The notes beneath the pieces are model-generated. The model saw nothing but the letters and a program-made list of their open reading frames with translations, did not search any database and was not told the origin of the DNA. The translations under genes were made by a program, and so were the position numbers. From the NCBI GenBank assembly GCA_964244895.1, contig CAXTKV010000041.1:1-15076 (forward strand): DNA of 15,076 nt. The letters are read 5' to 3'. The first letter of the stretch is position 1. Every line of letters starts with the position of its first letter. Below are positions 7,234-14,964 of the stretch, one piece after another. This stretch comes from an uncultured Deinococcales bacterium. Lineage in GTDB: Bacteria; Deinococcota; Deinococci; Deinococcales; JAAFIG01.

Positions 7234-8841
7234 TTACTCGCCGGATCTGGCCACGGCGGCTCCGATGGCCATGCCCAGGAAGGCGTCGATGACTTTCGGG
7301 TCGAACTGCTTGCCGCTCTGCGTGCGAATCTCTTCCAGGGCCGCGTGGACGCTCCAGGGTTTGCTATAGGCGCGTTTTGACAGGAGCGTGTCGTACACGT
7401 CGCAGACGGCGAAGATCCGGGCGACCAGGGGGATCGTTTCGCCCGCCAGGTGATCCGGGTAGCCCATGCCGTCCCAGCGTTCGTGGTGGTGACGGATGAC
7501 GTTGAGCGCACCCTGGGACAGGTTCGGGATGCGCGAGGCCATCTGCGAGCCGACCGATGCGTGCGATTGCATCAATCCCCATTCGTCCGGGTCGAGCGCA
7601 GAGGGTTTTTGCAGCACGGCGTCCGGGATGGCGAGCTTGCCGATGTCGTGCAGGTACGCACCCTGGCGCAATTCATCCAGCGAGCGCCCGCGCAGCCCGA
7701 GGACGTTCCCGAGCGATTCGGCCAGGCGAACCACGCGTTCGGTGTGACCTTTGGGTTCGAGTTCTCGCGTCTCGAGCGCCAGCCCGAGGGCGGACAACCC
7801 GTTTTCCAGGGTGCGCCGGACTTCGGCGTCCACCCGGACGCGCTCTAAGGTGTGGCCGACGCGCAGCGCGACCGATTCGAGGGTCAGGCGCATTTTGGAG
7901 GTGACGGCCTGCCAGCTCTCGAAGCTCAGCACGCCGAGCATGCCGACCAGGCGTCCGCCGTCGCGGACGGGCACGAGCAGATAGGTCTTGAGTCCCAGCG
8001 CGCACCACCCTGTGAGCGCGCCTTTTTCGTCGCTGTAATCGGCGCCCCAGATGGTGCGACCTTCGCTCATGGCGTTCTCGAAAGCGTTCTGGCCGGGTTG
8101 AAAGAACGGCAGTCCGATCATCCCGATGGCGTTCACGGACGACCTGGTGTTGATCCTGGAAACCGTGAACAAGCCCTGGTGCGGGCCGTGAGCGTCGGGA
8201 GTCAGGTAGATGGCGGCGTCGTAGCCGAGCCGGTCGCGCACCATCGTCAGGCCGACCGCCACGATTTCTGTCGGGTTCTCGAGCCATTCGAGCTGGGCCG
8301 TAAATTCGGCCAGCGTGCCCGTGCTGGCGGGATTGGTGAACGAAAAGCTGACATCGCGCTGCCTCTCTTTGTCCTCGTACATGCGGCTGTCCGCCAGCGC
8401 GAGCGCTCGCTCGAACGGTTCCCGGCTGGTGATCGGGGCGACCCCGACGGAGAAGGCAGGCGTGCCGGGTCGGGATTCTTCGAGGTCTTGAAGGGCGATG
8501 GCAGCGATCTCGAGCGCTTCGGTTTCGTCGTGATGAGGCAACAACACCACGAATTCGTCGCCGCCCCAGCGCGCCAGAACGCCCTCTGGAGGCAGAGCCT
8601 TTTCGAGCGTCTGAGCGACCGCCACGAGTTGTTGATCGCCAGCGCCGTGGCCGTTGAAGTCGTTCAGTCGTTTGAGGCCGTTCAGGTCAATCATCAAGAG
8701 CGCGGCGGTCGTACCTTCGGGCAATTGCTCGTAGCAGTGCAGCAAACCCTGACGGGTGAACACGCCGGTCAGAGGGTCGAGGGCCATGGGCTGTGGTTGC
8801 ACGATCTGTCGCAGTTGGTCGAGCAATTTTGCGTATCTCAC
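7234..8841 (-). CDS. GGDEF-GAF-HD-GYP hybrid diguanylate cyclase / c-di-GMP phosphodiesterase
   Basis: Likely start GTG at 8841 with SD AAGGAG at 8848-8853 (the track starts at 8904). GGDEF motifs DPLTGVF, MIDLNGLKRLNDFNGHGAGD, RWGGDEF and ADSRMY. A central GAF domain (LLVPVRDGGRLVGMLGV). HD-GYP motifs GHTERV, LHDIGK, HHERWDGMGYP and RIFAVCDVYD. Confidence 0.95.
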   Translation of the reverse strand: MRYAKLLDQLRQIVQPQPMALDPLTGVFTRQGLLHCYEQLPEGTTAALLMIDLNGLKRLNDFNGHGAGDQQLVAVAQTLEKALPPEGVLARWGGDEFVVLLPHHDETEALEIAAIALQDLEESRPGTPAFSVGVAPITSREPFERALALADSRMYEDKERQRDVSFSFTNPASTGTLAEFTAQLEWLENPTEIVAVGLTMVRDRLGYDAAIYLTPDAHGPHQGLFTVSRINTRSSVNAIGMIGLPFFQPGQNAFENAMSEGRTIWGADYSDEKGALTGWCALGLKTYLLVPVRDGGRLVGMLGVLSFESWQAVTSKMRLTLESVALRVGHTLERVRVDAEVRRTLENGLSALGLALETRELEPKGHTERVVRLAESLGNVLGLRGRSLDELRQGAYLHDIGKLAIPDAVLQKPSALDPDEWGLMQSHASVGSQMASRIPNLSQGALNVIRHHHERWDGMGYPDHLAGETIPLVARIFAVCDVYDTLLSKRAYSKPWSVHAALEEIRTQSGKQFDPKVIDAFLGMAIGAAVARSGE

Positions 8842-8900
8842 GTGTTTCTCCTTGTTGGCGTTGGGCTGCGGTAAAAAATCTGGGAGTCGACAAAGATGCA

Positions 8901-9752
8901 TCACAGGTTGCTCACGTCCTCGATGGTGGCGTTCAGGTCGAACGAGAACGCGCCGGTCGCGAGGTTTCCGCTGAAACCGTTGGCGGGTGTCATGGTCGCG
9001 CTGGCCGAATGAAACTCGAGCCTCTGAGCCGTAATTGCATCTACCGTGAGCGTGCCATCGGTCGAATCCCAGGCGCGCAGTTCGCGCTGGTTTGAGCCCG
9101 CCGAGGTCTGGAAGTAAGTGATCGAAGCCGTGCCCGCCGCGCCGACGCGGTCGGTACTGACCAGGCGGTAGGTTTTACCCGGCGTGAACGGCGCCGTCAG
9201 GCAGACGTAAACGCCCCGTCCAGCGGCGCTGGCCGTGACCTGGCACAGGCTGCCCTTGAAATTCGCGTAGGCGGAGCTCATCTTGAGCCCGCTCGGGTCA
9301 ACGTTGCTGTCGCGGTTGGTGAAGCGTCCGCTGACTTGCCCACCCGCTTCGACCTGCTTGACGGCGATGTACAAGGGCGTGCTGCTCGAGGCGGCCTCGG
9401 TGCGGGCGGTGACGGTCGCGGCGATGGCCTGCTCGGTGTGAGCCCGATCGCTGGCTTCCAAGGTGACGGTCACGCGATCCGCGTCCGCAGGAACGATCAC
9501 CGTAGACGCGCTGACGCCTTCGGGCAGGTCGAGGAAATGCAGTTTGACCTCGCGGTGATCGCCCGAGGGTCGCTGAATCGAAACGTTGACCGTGGCGCTC
9601 TTGCCCGCTTCGAGCTTCAGGCTCGAAGGGGAGAGGCGAAGCTGAACGCTGGCGGATTCGTTCGCGGTCGGAACGACATCGACGCCGGGGCAGGCAGTCA
9701 AGGCAATAGCGAGAAACGGCAGCCCAAGAGCCAAGAAGATACGACTGGACAT
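8901..9752 (-). CDS. Lipoprotein with an Ig-like beta-sandwich domain
   Basis: Start ATG at 9752 (MSSRIFLALGLPFLAIALTA-C) gives a lipobox LTAC, with SD GAGGGTG upstream. 'LSPSSLKLEAGKSATVNVSIQR...LPEGVSASTVIVPADADRVTVTLEAS' is typical of Ig-like surface domains. The C-terminal domain is beta-rich with two Cys. Confidence 0.85.
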   Translation of the reverse strand: MSSRIFLALGLPFLAIALTACPGVDVVPTANESASVQLRLSPSSLKLEAGKSATVNVSIQRPSGDHREVKLHFLDLPEGVSASTVIVPADADRVTVTLEASDRAHTEQAIAATVTARTEAASSSTPLYIAVKQVEAGGQVSGRFTNRDSNVDPSGLKMSSAYANFKGSLCQVTASAAGRGVYVCLTAPFTPGKTYRLVSTDRVGAAGTASITYFQTSAGSNQRELRAWDSTDGTLTVDAITAQRLEFHSASATMTPANGFSGNLATGAFSFDLNATIEDVSNL

Positions 9753-9756
9753 GTTT

Positions 9757-9779
9757 TTCACCCTCACGCGGAGGGTGAA
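9757..9779 (-). promoter_or_regulatory. SD-sequestering hairpin (putative riboswitch expression platform)
   Basis: Minus strand TTCACCCTC-cgcgt-GAGGGTGAA is a perfect 9-bp stem. Its 3' arm is the SD of the lipoprotein gene. Confidence 0.6.
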
Positions 9780-9847
9780 CGGGTTCTCGAAATCGGACGC
9801 TTCCGGTCTGGAGGCGTCGGAGTTCGAGGAGGCTCGATGGTTGTCCA

Positions 9848-9930
9848 TCGAACAGGGCCGGTCGCACCACTAGCTCCATCCACCCGAGGTGCCCGGATTA
9901 CAGGGTGAACTTCATCGCTTCCCGTGCCGC
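9848..9930 (-). promoter_or_regulatory. c-di-GMP-II riboswitch
   Basis: The minus strand reads CACGGGAAGCGAUGAAGUUCACCCUGUAAUCCGGGCACCUCGGGUGGAUGGAGCUAGUGGUGCGACCGGCCCUG. This fits the class II pattern GAA-RC-N-RUGAA...YGGGCAC...GGAGYUAGURGUGCRACC, with a kink-turn (AUGAA/GGA), P3 GUUCACCC/GGGUGGAU and a pseudoknot GCACC/GGUGC plus CCGG/CCGG. A TAAGAT -10 lies at 9945-9950, and the element is upstream of a c-di-GMP enzyme. Confidence 0.88.
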
Positions 9931-10007
9931 TCGCACGTGAGGACATCTTAGCCAGAAGTGGTCTTCCCATATTCTTACAAGCCCAGCGGCGGGTTTCACC
10001 TCGAGCT

Positions 10008-10334
10008 TCAACCCATGCGCAGACCCAGCAGCAAACCCGGCACGAAGGCCGCCGCGAACGGAATGTTCTGCGTCAGCACGCCCAGCAAGCTCTTCCAGGC
10101 GCTCTCCAGGCCGCTTTTTTGCAGCACCGGATCGGCAACTTGCTGAATCCGCAACCAGTTGACCTCGATGAAGCCCAGGTAAGCCAGGACTTGCACGGTG
10201 ATGAACAGCAGCCCGAACACCACCAGCGCCACCCGCCCGACTTTTTTGAGCGCGTACCCGACCGCGAAACCCGCCAGTCCCCCGAAGGAAATCTGCCCGA
10301 GGTAGGGCGCGATTGAATCCATGACGTTCGGCAT
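10008..10334 (-). CDS. FUN14 family membrane protein
   Basis: 'QISFGGLAGFAVGYALKKVGRVALVVFGLLFITVQVLAYLGFIEVNW' is the FUN14 signature. TATGCT at 10342-10347 lies 7 nt before the ATG at 10334, consistent with a leaderless transcript. Confidence 0.88.
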   Translation of the reverse strand: MPNVMDSIAPYLGQISFGGLAGFAVGYALKKVGRVALVVFGLLFITVQVLAYLGFIEVNWLRIQQVADPVLQKSGLESAWKSLLGVLTQNIPFAAAFVPGLLLGLRMG

Positions 10335-10433
10335 CGGCTCGAGCATAGCAGGGCGGCAAAGGGCTTTTGGGCGCGAAAGAATTCTCGGATTCGAGCTTCG
10401 AGACCACCCGGTCTGCACGGCCCGATGGTGTTT

Positions 10434-10481
10434 GAGCACCGTCCAGCGCGCATTTTTTATCGTGCGTGCTGGACGGTGCTC
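10434..10481. repeat. REP-like palindromic element
   Basis: GAGCACCGTCCAGCGCGCA / TGCGTGCTGGACGGTGCTC, an 18/19 stem with a 10-nt T-rich loop, between divergent genes. Confidence 0.8.
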
Positions 10482-10511
10482 CCCGAAGACGGGTTCTCCT
10501 GTAAGGTGTTG

Positions 10512-10539
10512 GGAACTTCGATCGAGGTACTCACGTATG
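10512..10539 (+). promoter_or_regulatory. Putative ECF-sigma autoregulatory promoter
   Basis: GGAACT (10512-10517), a 16-nt spacer, then CGTA (10534-10537). This matches the canonical ECF GAAC/CGT pattern directly upstream of the sigma gene. Confidence 0.6.
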
Positions 10540-11100
10540 GCTCTCGAGATGGACGCACACTGCCTGCAACGCCTCAAGGATGGGGATCAAACGACCTGGG
10601 AAATGCTGATCACGGAGCACCAGGACAGGATTCTCAACTACCTCTACCACCTCGAGGGTCATTACGACGAGGCGCTGGATTTGACCCAGGAGACGTTCTA
10701 CCGCGCCTGGCGCGGCATCCGCACCTTCCGCGAGGGCGAGGCCTTTTTGCCGTGGTTGTACACCATCGCGCGCAACGTCCGCATCGAGAAGTACCGCCGG
10801 AAATCGCACCCGCAATTTTCTCTCGAGGAAGCCTCAGAGGTTGGTTTCGAACCGTCCGATACGCGCCGCAGCCCGCAAGCCAACGCGGAATCAAAGGAAT
10901 CCGTGGATCGCGTCCGCGAAGCCCTGCAGGGCGTGCCCGAGGAATACCGCGAGGCGGTCGTGCTGCGCTTCATGGATGATTTTTCCTACGAGGAAATTGC
11001 TGCCGCGCAGGGTTGCGCGGTCGGCACCGCCAAAAGCCGCGTTTTTCGCGGCAAGGAATTGCTGGCTAAAGCGCTGGAAGGGCAGGTGATCGTCGAGTGA
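10537..11100 (+). CDS. ECF-family RNA polymerase sigma-70 factor
   Basis: Region 2 'GDQTTWEMLITEHQDRILNYLY...EALDLTQETFYRAWRGIRTFR...FLPWLYTIARN'. Region 4 'VPEEYREAVVLRFMDDFSYEEIAAAQGCAVGTAKSRVFRGK'. Start is ATG 10537 or 10549; the track's 10321 start is an over-extension. Confidence 0.95.
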   Translation: MALEMDAHCLQRLKDGDQTTWEMLITEHQDRILNYLYHLEGHYDEALDLTQETFYRAWRGIRTFREGEAFLPWLYTIARNVRIEKYRRKSHPQFSLEEASEVGFEPSDTRRSPQANAESKESVDRVREALQGVPEEYREAVVLRFMDDFSYEEIAAAQGCAVGTAKSRVFRGKELLAKALEGQVIVE

Positions 11101-12872
11101 GCCAGGATCGCGACACGACCGCGAAACCCGATGATCTCGAGTCCGGGGTTCCCGAGTCCGGGGTTCTCGAGTTCGACGTTTTGACCCACGCGGCGCTGGA
11201 AGGTCAGCTTTCCGGCGATGAATTGCTCGCGTGGCAAGAACGCCTGAATGACCGGAGTTTCGCCGCTGCGGTCGCGTCGCTCGAGCGGGCCGCGCAAGTC
11301 TTGCGGAGCGCGCCGCCGATCCACGCGCCACCCGGTTTCGCGCCCACGCTCGCGTCCGAAATCGGGCTCGCGGCCAGACTGGCGAGCCTTCAGCAGACGG
11401 CACCGGACGGGTTCGCGCGCGCAGTCGCGTCCGTCATTCACGTGTCCTCGAGGCTCGATGCCGCTCGCGTGCGCGCCCCGGAGGGCTTGGCCAGCCAACT
11501 CGCCCGCGACATCGCCCTCGATCGCCAACTCGAGGCGATCCCTGTGCAACGCGTGCCGGACGGGTTTGCCGCCAACCTCGCGTCGGCAATATCGCTCGAG
11601 GCGGAGTTGCGCCAACCGATCAGTCCAATCTTGGAACCAGCGCTGAAGACCTCATCCATCGATGCCGCAGAGCGCGACCTTCGGGCACTCGAGCGCGCCC
11701 GCGTCCCGGCTGGATTTTCCGCCCGTCTCGCCTCGAAGATTTCCGCCGAAGCCCGAGCCGAGGCCACCCTGCCGACCCAACCCGAAGAGCGCAACCTGAC
11801 GCCTTTTTACTTCCTGGCGGGCACGCTCGGCAGCGCGGCGCTGGCCTTGACCGCTCTGGCCTGGCCTTACGCGCAGGTGGCCGGAGGAACCGCCCTCGAG
11901 ATCGCGCGCACGCTCCCGACTGGCCTGATCGTGACGATCGCGGGGCTGCTGTCGCTGGCGGGCGTGGCGGCCAGCGGACGCGTCCGCGCATCCTTGCCGA
12001 CCAGCCTGATCGCCTTCGCGGTCTGCGCGGCGCTGGCGCTGCCGCAAATTGCGCCATCCTTCGGCCCGGCGCGCGTCGCGGTCAACCAGACCACCGGCAC
12101 CGTATTGCGCGTCGGTGGGGACTTGAGCGTTGCGGGTCACATCATCGGCGACGCCATCAGCTTGGGCGGGAACGTGCGCCTCGAGCCGGGAGCGCGCGTG
12201 GATGGTCGGATCGTGACGTTATTGGGCGATGTCAACCTGCCCAGCCGACCCGCCGTGATGCACGGCGTCAGCGCGGTACTGGGCTCCACCCACGTCGAAG
12301 GTGTGACGGACGCCCAAGTCCCAAACCTGCTGCCGAACCTGAGCGCCGCCAGTGCCCTCAAGCCCTTGCGCACCCTGGTCAGCGCGAGTTACTGGCAGTG
12401 GTTCTACCTCGGGATCGTCTGCGCGCTGGTGGCGGTCGTCGGATTGCTGCCGGGCTGGTTCGAGGCGCTCGAGGTACCGTTCTGGCGCGAATCCGGGCGC
12501 GCCATCGGCGCGGGATCGCTGGCGTTGGCGCTGTGCCTGCCGTTCGGCTCGCTGGCGGCGCTGACGCTGATCGGTGCGCCGCTTGGCCTGGGTCTGCTGA
12601 GCCTGACGGCGGTGGCCTTCACGCTCGGATTGTCCGTCAGCGCGGTGCAACTCGGGCGCGTGCTGCGCGGCCTGTTCAGGTTACCGCGCAACGCCATGCT
12701 CGAGGCTTGCCTGGGATTGGGCGTGTTCGCGCTGACGCTCGTCTGGACGCCGCTCAGCTTGGCGGTCTGGGTGCTCGGCGGCGCGTGGGGGGCGGGCGCG
12801 CTGTTGCTGGCGTGGCGTGCGGGCCGTTTGGCGTTCGTATCGCGGCAACTCAGAGAAGAATTCGCGGGTTGA
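11097..12872 (+). CDS. Putative membrane anti-sigma factor with internal repeats and a bactofilin-like (polymer-forming cytoskeletal) segment
   Basis: The GTG start overlaps the sigma stop (GTGA). It has five [AV]P-x-G-[FL]-x3-[LV]-A-x2-I repeats and TM helices. A beta-helix-like segment 'VGGDLSVAGHIIGDAISLGGNVRLEPGARVDGRIVTLLGDV' precedes a multi-TM C-terminus. Confidence 0.8.
   Translation: MSQDRDTTAKPDDLESGVPESGVLEFDVLTHAALEGQLSGDELLAWQERLNDRSFAAAVASLERAAQVLRSAPPIHAPPGFAPTLASEIGLAARLASLQQTAPDGFARAVASVIHVSSRLDAARVRAPEGLASQLARDIALDRQLEAIPVQRVPDGFAANLASAISLEAELRQPISPILEPALKTSSIDAAERDLRALERARVPAGFSARLASKISAEARAEATLPTQPEERNLTPFYFLAGTLGSAALALTALAWPYAQVAGGTALEIARTLPTGLIVTIAGLLSLAGVAASGRVRASLPTSLIAFAVCAALALPQIAPSFGPARVAVNQTTGTVLRVGGDLSVAGHIIGDAISLGGNVRLEPGARVDGRIVTLLGDVNLPSRPAVMHGVSAVLGSTHVEGVTDAQVPNLLPNLSAASALKPLRTLVSASYWQWFYLGIVCALVAVVGLLPGWFEALEVPFWRESGRAIGAGSLALALCLPFGSLAALTLIGAPLGLGLLSLTAVAFTLGLSVSAVQLGRVLRGLFRLPRNAMLEACLGLGVFALTLVWTPLSLAVWVLGGAWGAGALLLAWRAGRLAFVSRQLREEFAG
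11135..11175 (+). repeat. 15-bp in-frame tandem repeat (about 2.7 copies)
   Basis: TCTCGAGTCCGGGGT, TCCCGAGTCCGGGGT, TCTCGAGTTCG, encoding LESGV-PESGV-LEF. Confidence 0.7.
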
Positions 12873-12880
12873 GTCTTAAG

Positions 12881-12926
12881 AACACCGTCCAGCACGCATA
12901 TCTGAAAGCGCGTGCTGGACGGTGTT
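12881..12926. repeat. REP-like palindromic element, possibly a bidirectional terminator
   Basis: Perfect 17-bp stem AACACCGTCCAGCACGC / GCGTGCTGGACGGTGTT with a 12-nt loop, between convergent genes. Confidence 0.85.
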
Positions 12927-12991
12927 GTTGATTACCGACGAGCCCAAATCTCGAATTCACCGCAGGCGCGGCGAGAGGGATTTTTCGAGCT

Positions 12992-13675
12992 TCAGACGGG
13001 TGTCGTGACTCGAGCCCGTTCGGGCTTGCTCGAGATCACCGTCTGCACGCTCAGCACCCAGGCGATGGCTGCCGCCCAGCCCGCCAGCACGTCGGATGGG
13101 AAGTGCACGCCCAGGTACAGCCTGGAAAATCCCACGCACAGCGAGAAACTCACGCCGAGCAGCAGCGCGACCCAACGCCAACGCGTCGACCAGACGACCA
13201 GCGCCAGGCTCAGGGCCAGCGCCATCGTGCCCATCGCGTGCCCGCTCGGGAAGCCGTAATCGAACTCCGGCGTGAGCGAAACCCAGAAGTCCGGGCGGTG
13301 GCGTTGAAACGCGAGCTTGGCCAGCACGTTGAGCGTGGCCGCACCGCCCAGCTCGAGCGCGAACGCGGCAGCTCGCCGGTAGAGGCGCGCCCAGAGCAAC
13401 CAGAGCGTCAGGGCTGCCGCGAACGGAGCGATGAAGTAGACGTTGCCGATCGTGGAAACGAACACGGCCAGCGCGTCGTTGGATGGGCTGGCGTGCGCGT
13501 GGATTGCCATCAGCACGGGCTTGTCCCAGCTGAAGCCCTCGCGTTCCCAGACTTCGTTGGCGAGCTTGCCGAAAATCAGGAGCGGCGCGAGCACGCCGAG
13601 GAACACCAGCGCGAGCCGCGCGCGGTGCTGCTGGAGGAGCTCAAAGGTTTCGGCCATGGAATGCGGCAGGGTCAT
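12992..13675 (-). CDS. PAP2 family membrane phosphatase (lipid or undecaprenyl phosphate phosphatase-like)
   Basis: All three PAP2 motifs are present: KLAFQRHRP, FPSGH and SRLYLGVHFPSDV. Several TM helices. Confidence 0.93.
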   Translation of the reverse strand: MTLPHSMAETFELLQQHRARLALVFLGVLAPLLIFGKLANEVWEREGFSWDKPVLMAIHAHASPSNDALAVFVSTIGNVYFIAPFAAALTLWLLWARLYRRAAAFALELGGAATLNVLAKLAFQRHRPDFWVSLTPEFDYGFPSGHAMGTMALALSLALVVWSTRWRWVALLLGVSFSLCVGFSRLYLGVHFPSDVLAGWAAAIAWVLSVQTVISSKPERARVTTPV

Positions 13676-13742
13676 GAAGCCGCATTCTGCGCCCCTGAGG
13701 GTGAAGGCTGTGTGAACCGGGCTGCCCTTCAGATCTCGAGCC

Positions 13743-14006
13743 TCAGATCTCGAGTGCGGCGCGCCCGTCGGGTAACTTGACGCCCTCCAGGGCGCTTCGA
13801 TCCACCAACACGCGATCGTTCTCCCTGGAGGCCATTCCCTGCTGCACGAGCTTGTTCAGTTCCCGCTCGACGGATTGCTGAACGCGCCGCAAGAACATCT
13901 CCTGGGCGTCCGCCACGCCCCTGGAAGTCAGGAAGGCGCGGTGAAAGCTGGGCAGGTCTTCCAGGCCGATGCGTTCCTCGAGCGCGCGCCAGTCGATTCG
14001 TTCCAT
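13743..14006 (-). CDS. Hypothetical protein (87 aa)
   Basis: Protein-like composition and host-like codon usage. TAGACT at 14013-14018 lies 6 nt before the ATG, consistent with a leaderless transcript. Confidence 0.8.
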   Translation of the reverse strand: MERIDWRALEERIGLEDLPSFHRAFLTSRGVADAQEMFLRRVQQSVERELNKLVQQGMASRENDRVLVDRSALEGVKLPDGRAALEI

Positions 14007-14091
14007 GAATCGAGTCTACATCCCGTCTCGAGCACGCGGCCTGAGAGGCATCCCGAGAGGTGCTGTCTGATGGCGCAAGAACGGTGTTCGC

Positions 14092-14964
14092 TTAACTTCG
14101 GGCGATCAGACCGCCGACGAACAGCAGCACCGCCGCCAACGCGAACGCTGGCCCGAGCGCCTCACCCAACAGGAGTGCGCCCAGGAGCGCCCCCACCACG
14201 GGTTGCGCGAAAAAGGCGATGCCGGAAAGCACCGAACCCGCCCTCGAGACGCCGTAAACCCAGGCCGCGAACGCGACCGCCGTGGAGACCACGCCGATGT
14301 ACAGGATGCCCAGCATCACGCCCGGTGTGATGGTTCCAATCGTGTGGTTGGAAAGCTCCCACGGCACCAGGCAGGCGGTCGCCAGTCCACCGATCAGGCT
14401 GGCCCAGGCGGTCACGGTCGCGGCATCGTAGGCATCCACCACGCGCCCACCGATCAAACCCAGCGCGCCCCACGAGACCGCCGCCGCCAGCAACCACAGG
14501 ATGCCCGCCAGACTCGCGCCGCTCGAGTTGCCGGACAACAGCAGCACGCCGACCAGACCCAATCCCAGGCCCGCCCAGGCCCGCCAGGAGACCTTCTCGT
14601 GCCCCAGCGCGCTCGAGAGCGCGACCGTCACCAACGGCGAGGCGGTCGTGATCAGCGACCCCAGGGCGGCGCCCGCCAGGGATGTCCCCATGAACTGCGC
14701 CGTGATCGAAAAGGCGTTCCCGACCAACCCCATCGCCAGCACCCGACCCCAGACCGCGCGCGGCAGACGCCAATCCTGACCGCGAACCTGTTGGTACGCG
14801 ATCAACGTTACGAACGCGATCAACATGCGGATCATCACCAGCGTGATCGGTGGTACGACGCCCAGCACGACCCTCGAAACGACGTACATTCCGCCCCAGA
14901 TGGCGCTCGCCGCGATGGCCGCGATCACGCCGAGCGCGACCGGGTTGTCTTTTGTGGCGATCAC
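14092..14964 (-). CDS. EamA/DMT family transporter
   Basis: 290 aa with about 10 TM helices in two EamA repeats: 'AIWGGMYVVSR...PPITLVMIRMLIA', 'LGHEKVSWRAWAGLGLGLVGVLLL' and 'QPVVGALLGALLLGEAL'. TAGACT at 14971-14976 lies 6 nt before the GTG. Confidence 0.93.
   Translation of the reverse strand: MIATKDNPVALGVIAAIAASAIWGGMYVVSRVVLGVVPPITLVMIRMLIAFVTLIAYQQVRGQDWRLPRAVWGRVLAMGLVGNAFSITAQFMGTSLAGAALGSLITTASPLVTVALSSALGHEKVSWRAWAGLGLGLVGVLLLSGNSSGASLAGILWLLAAAVSWGALGLIGGRVVDAYDAATVTAWASLIGGLATACLVPWELSNHTIGTITPGVMLGILYIGVVSTAVAFAAWVYGVSRAGSVLSGIAFFAQPVVGALLGALLLGEALGPAFALAAVLLFVGGLIARS

Noticed and set aside
7071..7511. 147-aa N-terminal extension of the SARP/STAND ORF
   Set aside because: It overlaps the HD-GYP gene in another frame and crosses an intergenic region. 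Domain similarity begins at VLEILLLGRP.
7852..8874. 340-aa plus-strand ORF and similar overlapping ORFs elsewhere
   Set aside because: They are antisense or alternative-frame shadows of well-supported genes.
9753..9848. N-terminal extension of the lipoprotein ORF
   Set aside because: It lies in the riboswitch leader. The signal peptide and SD point to ATG 9752.
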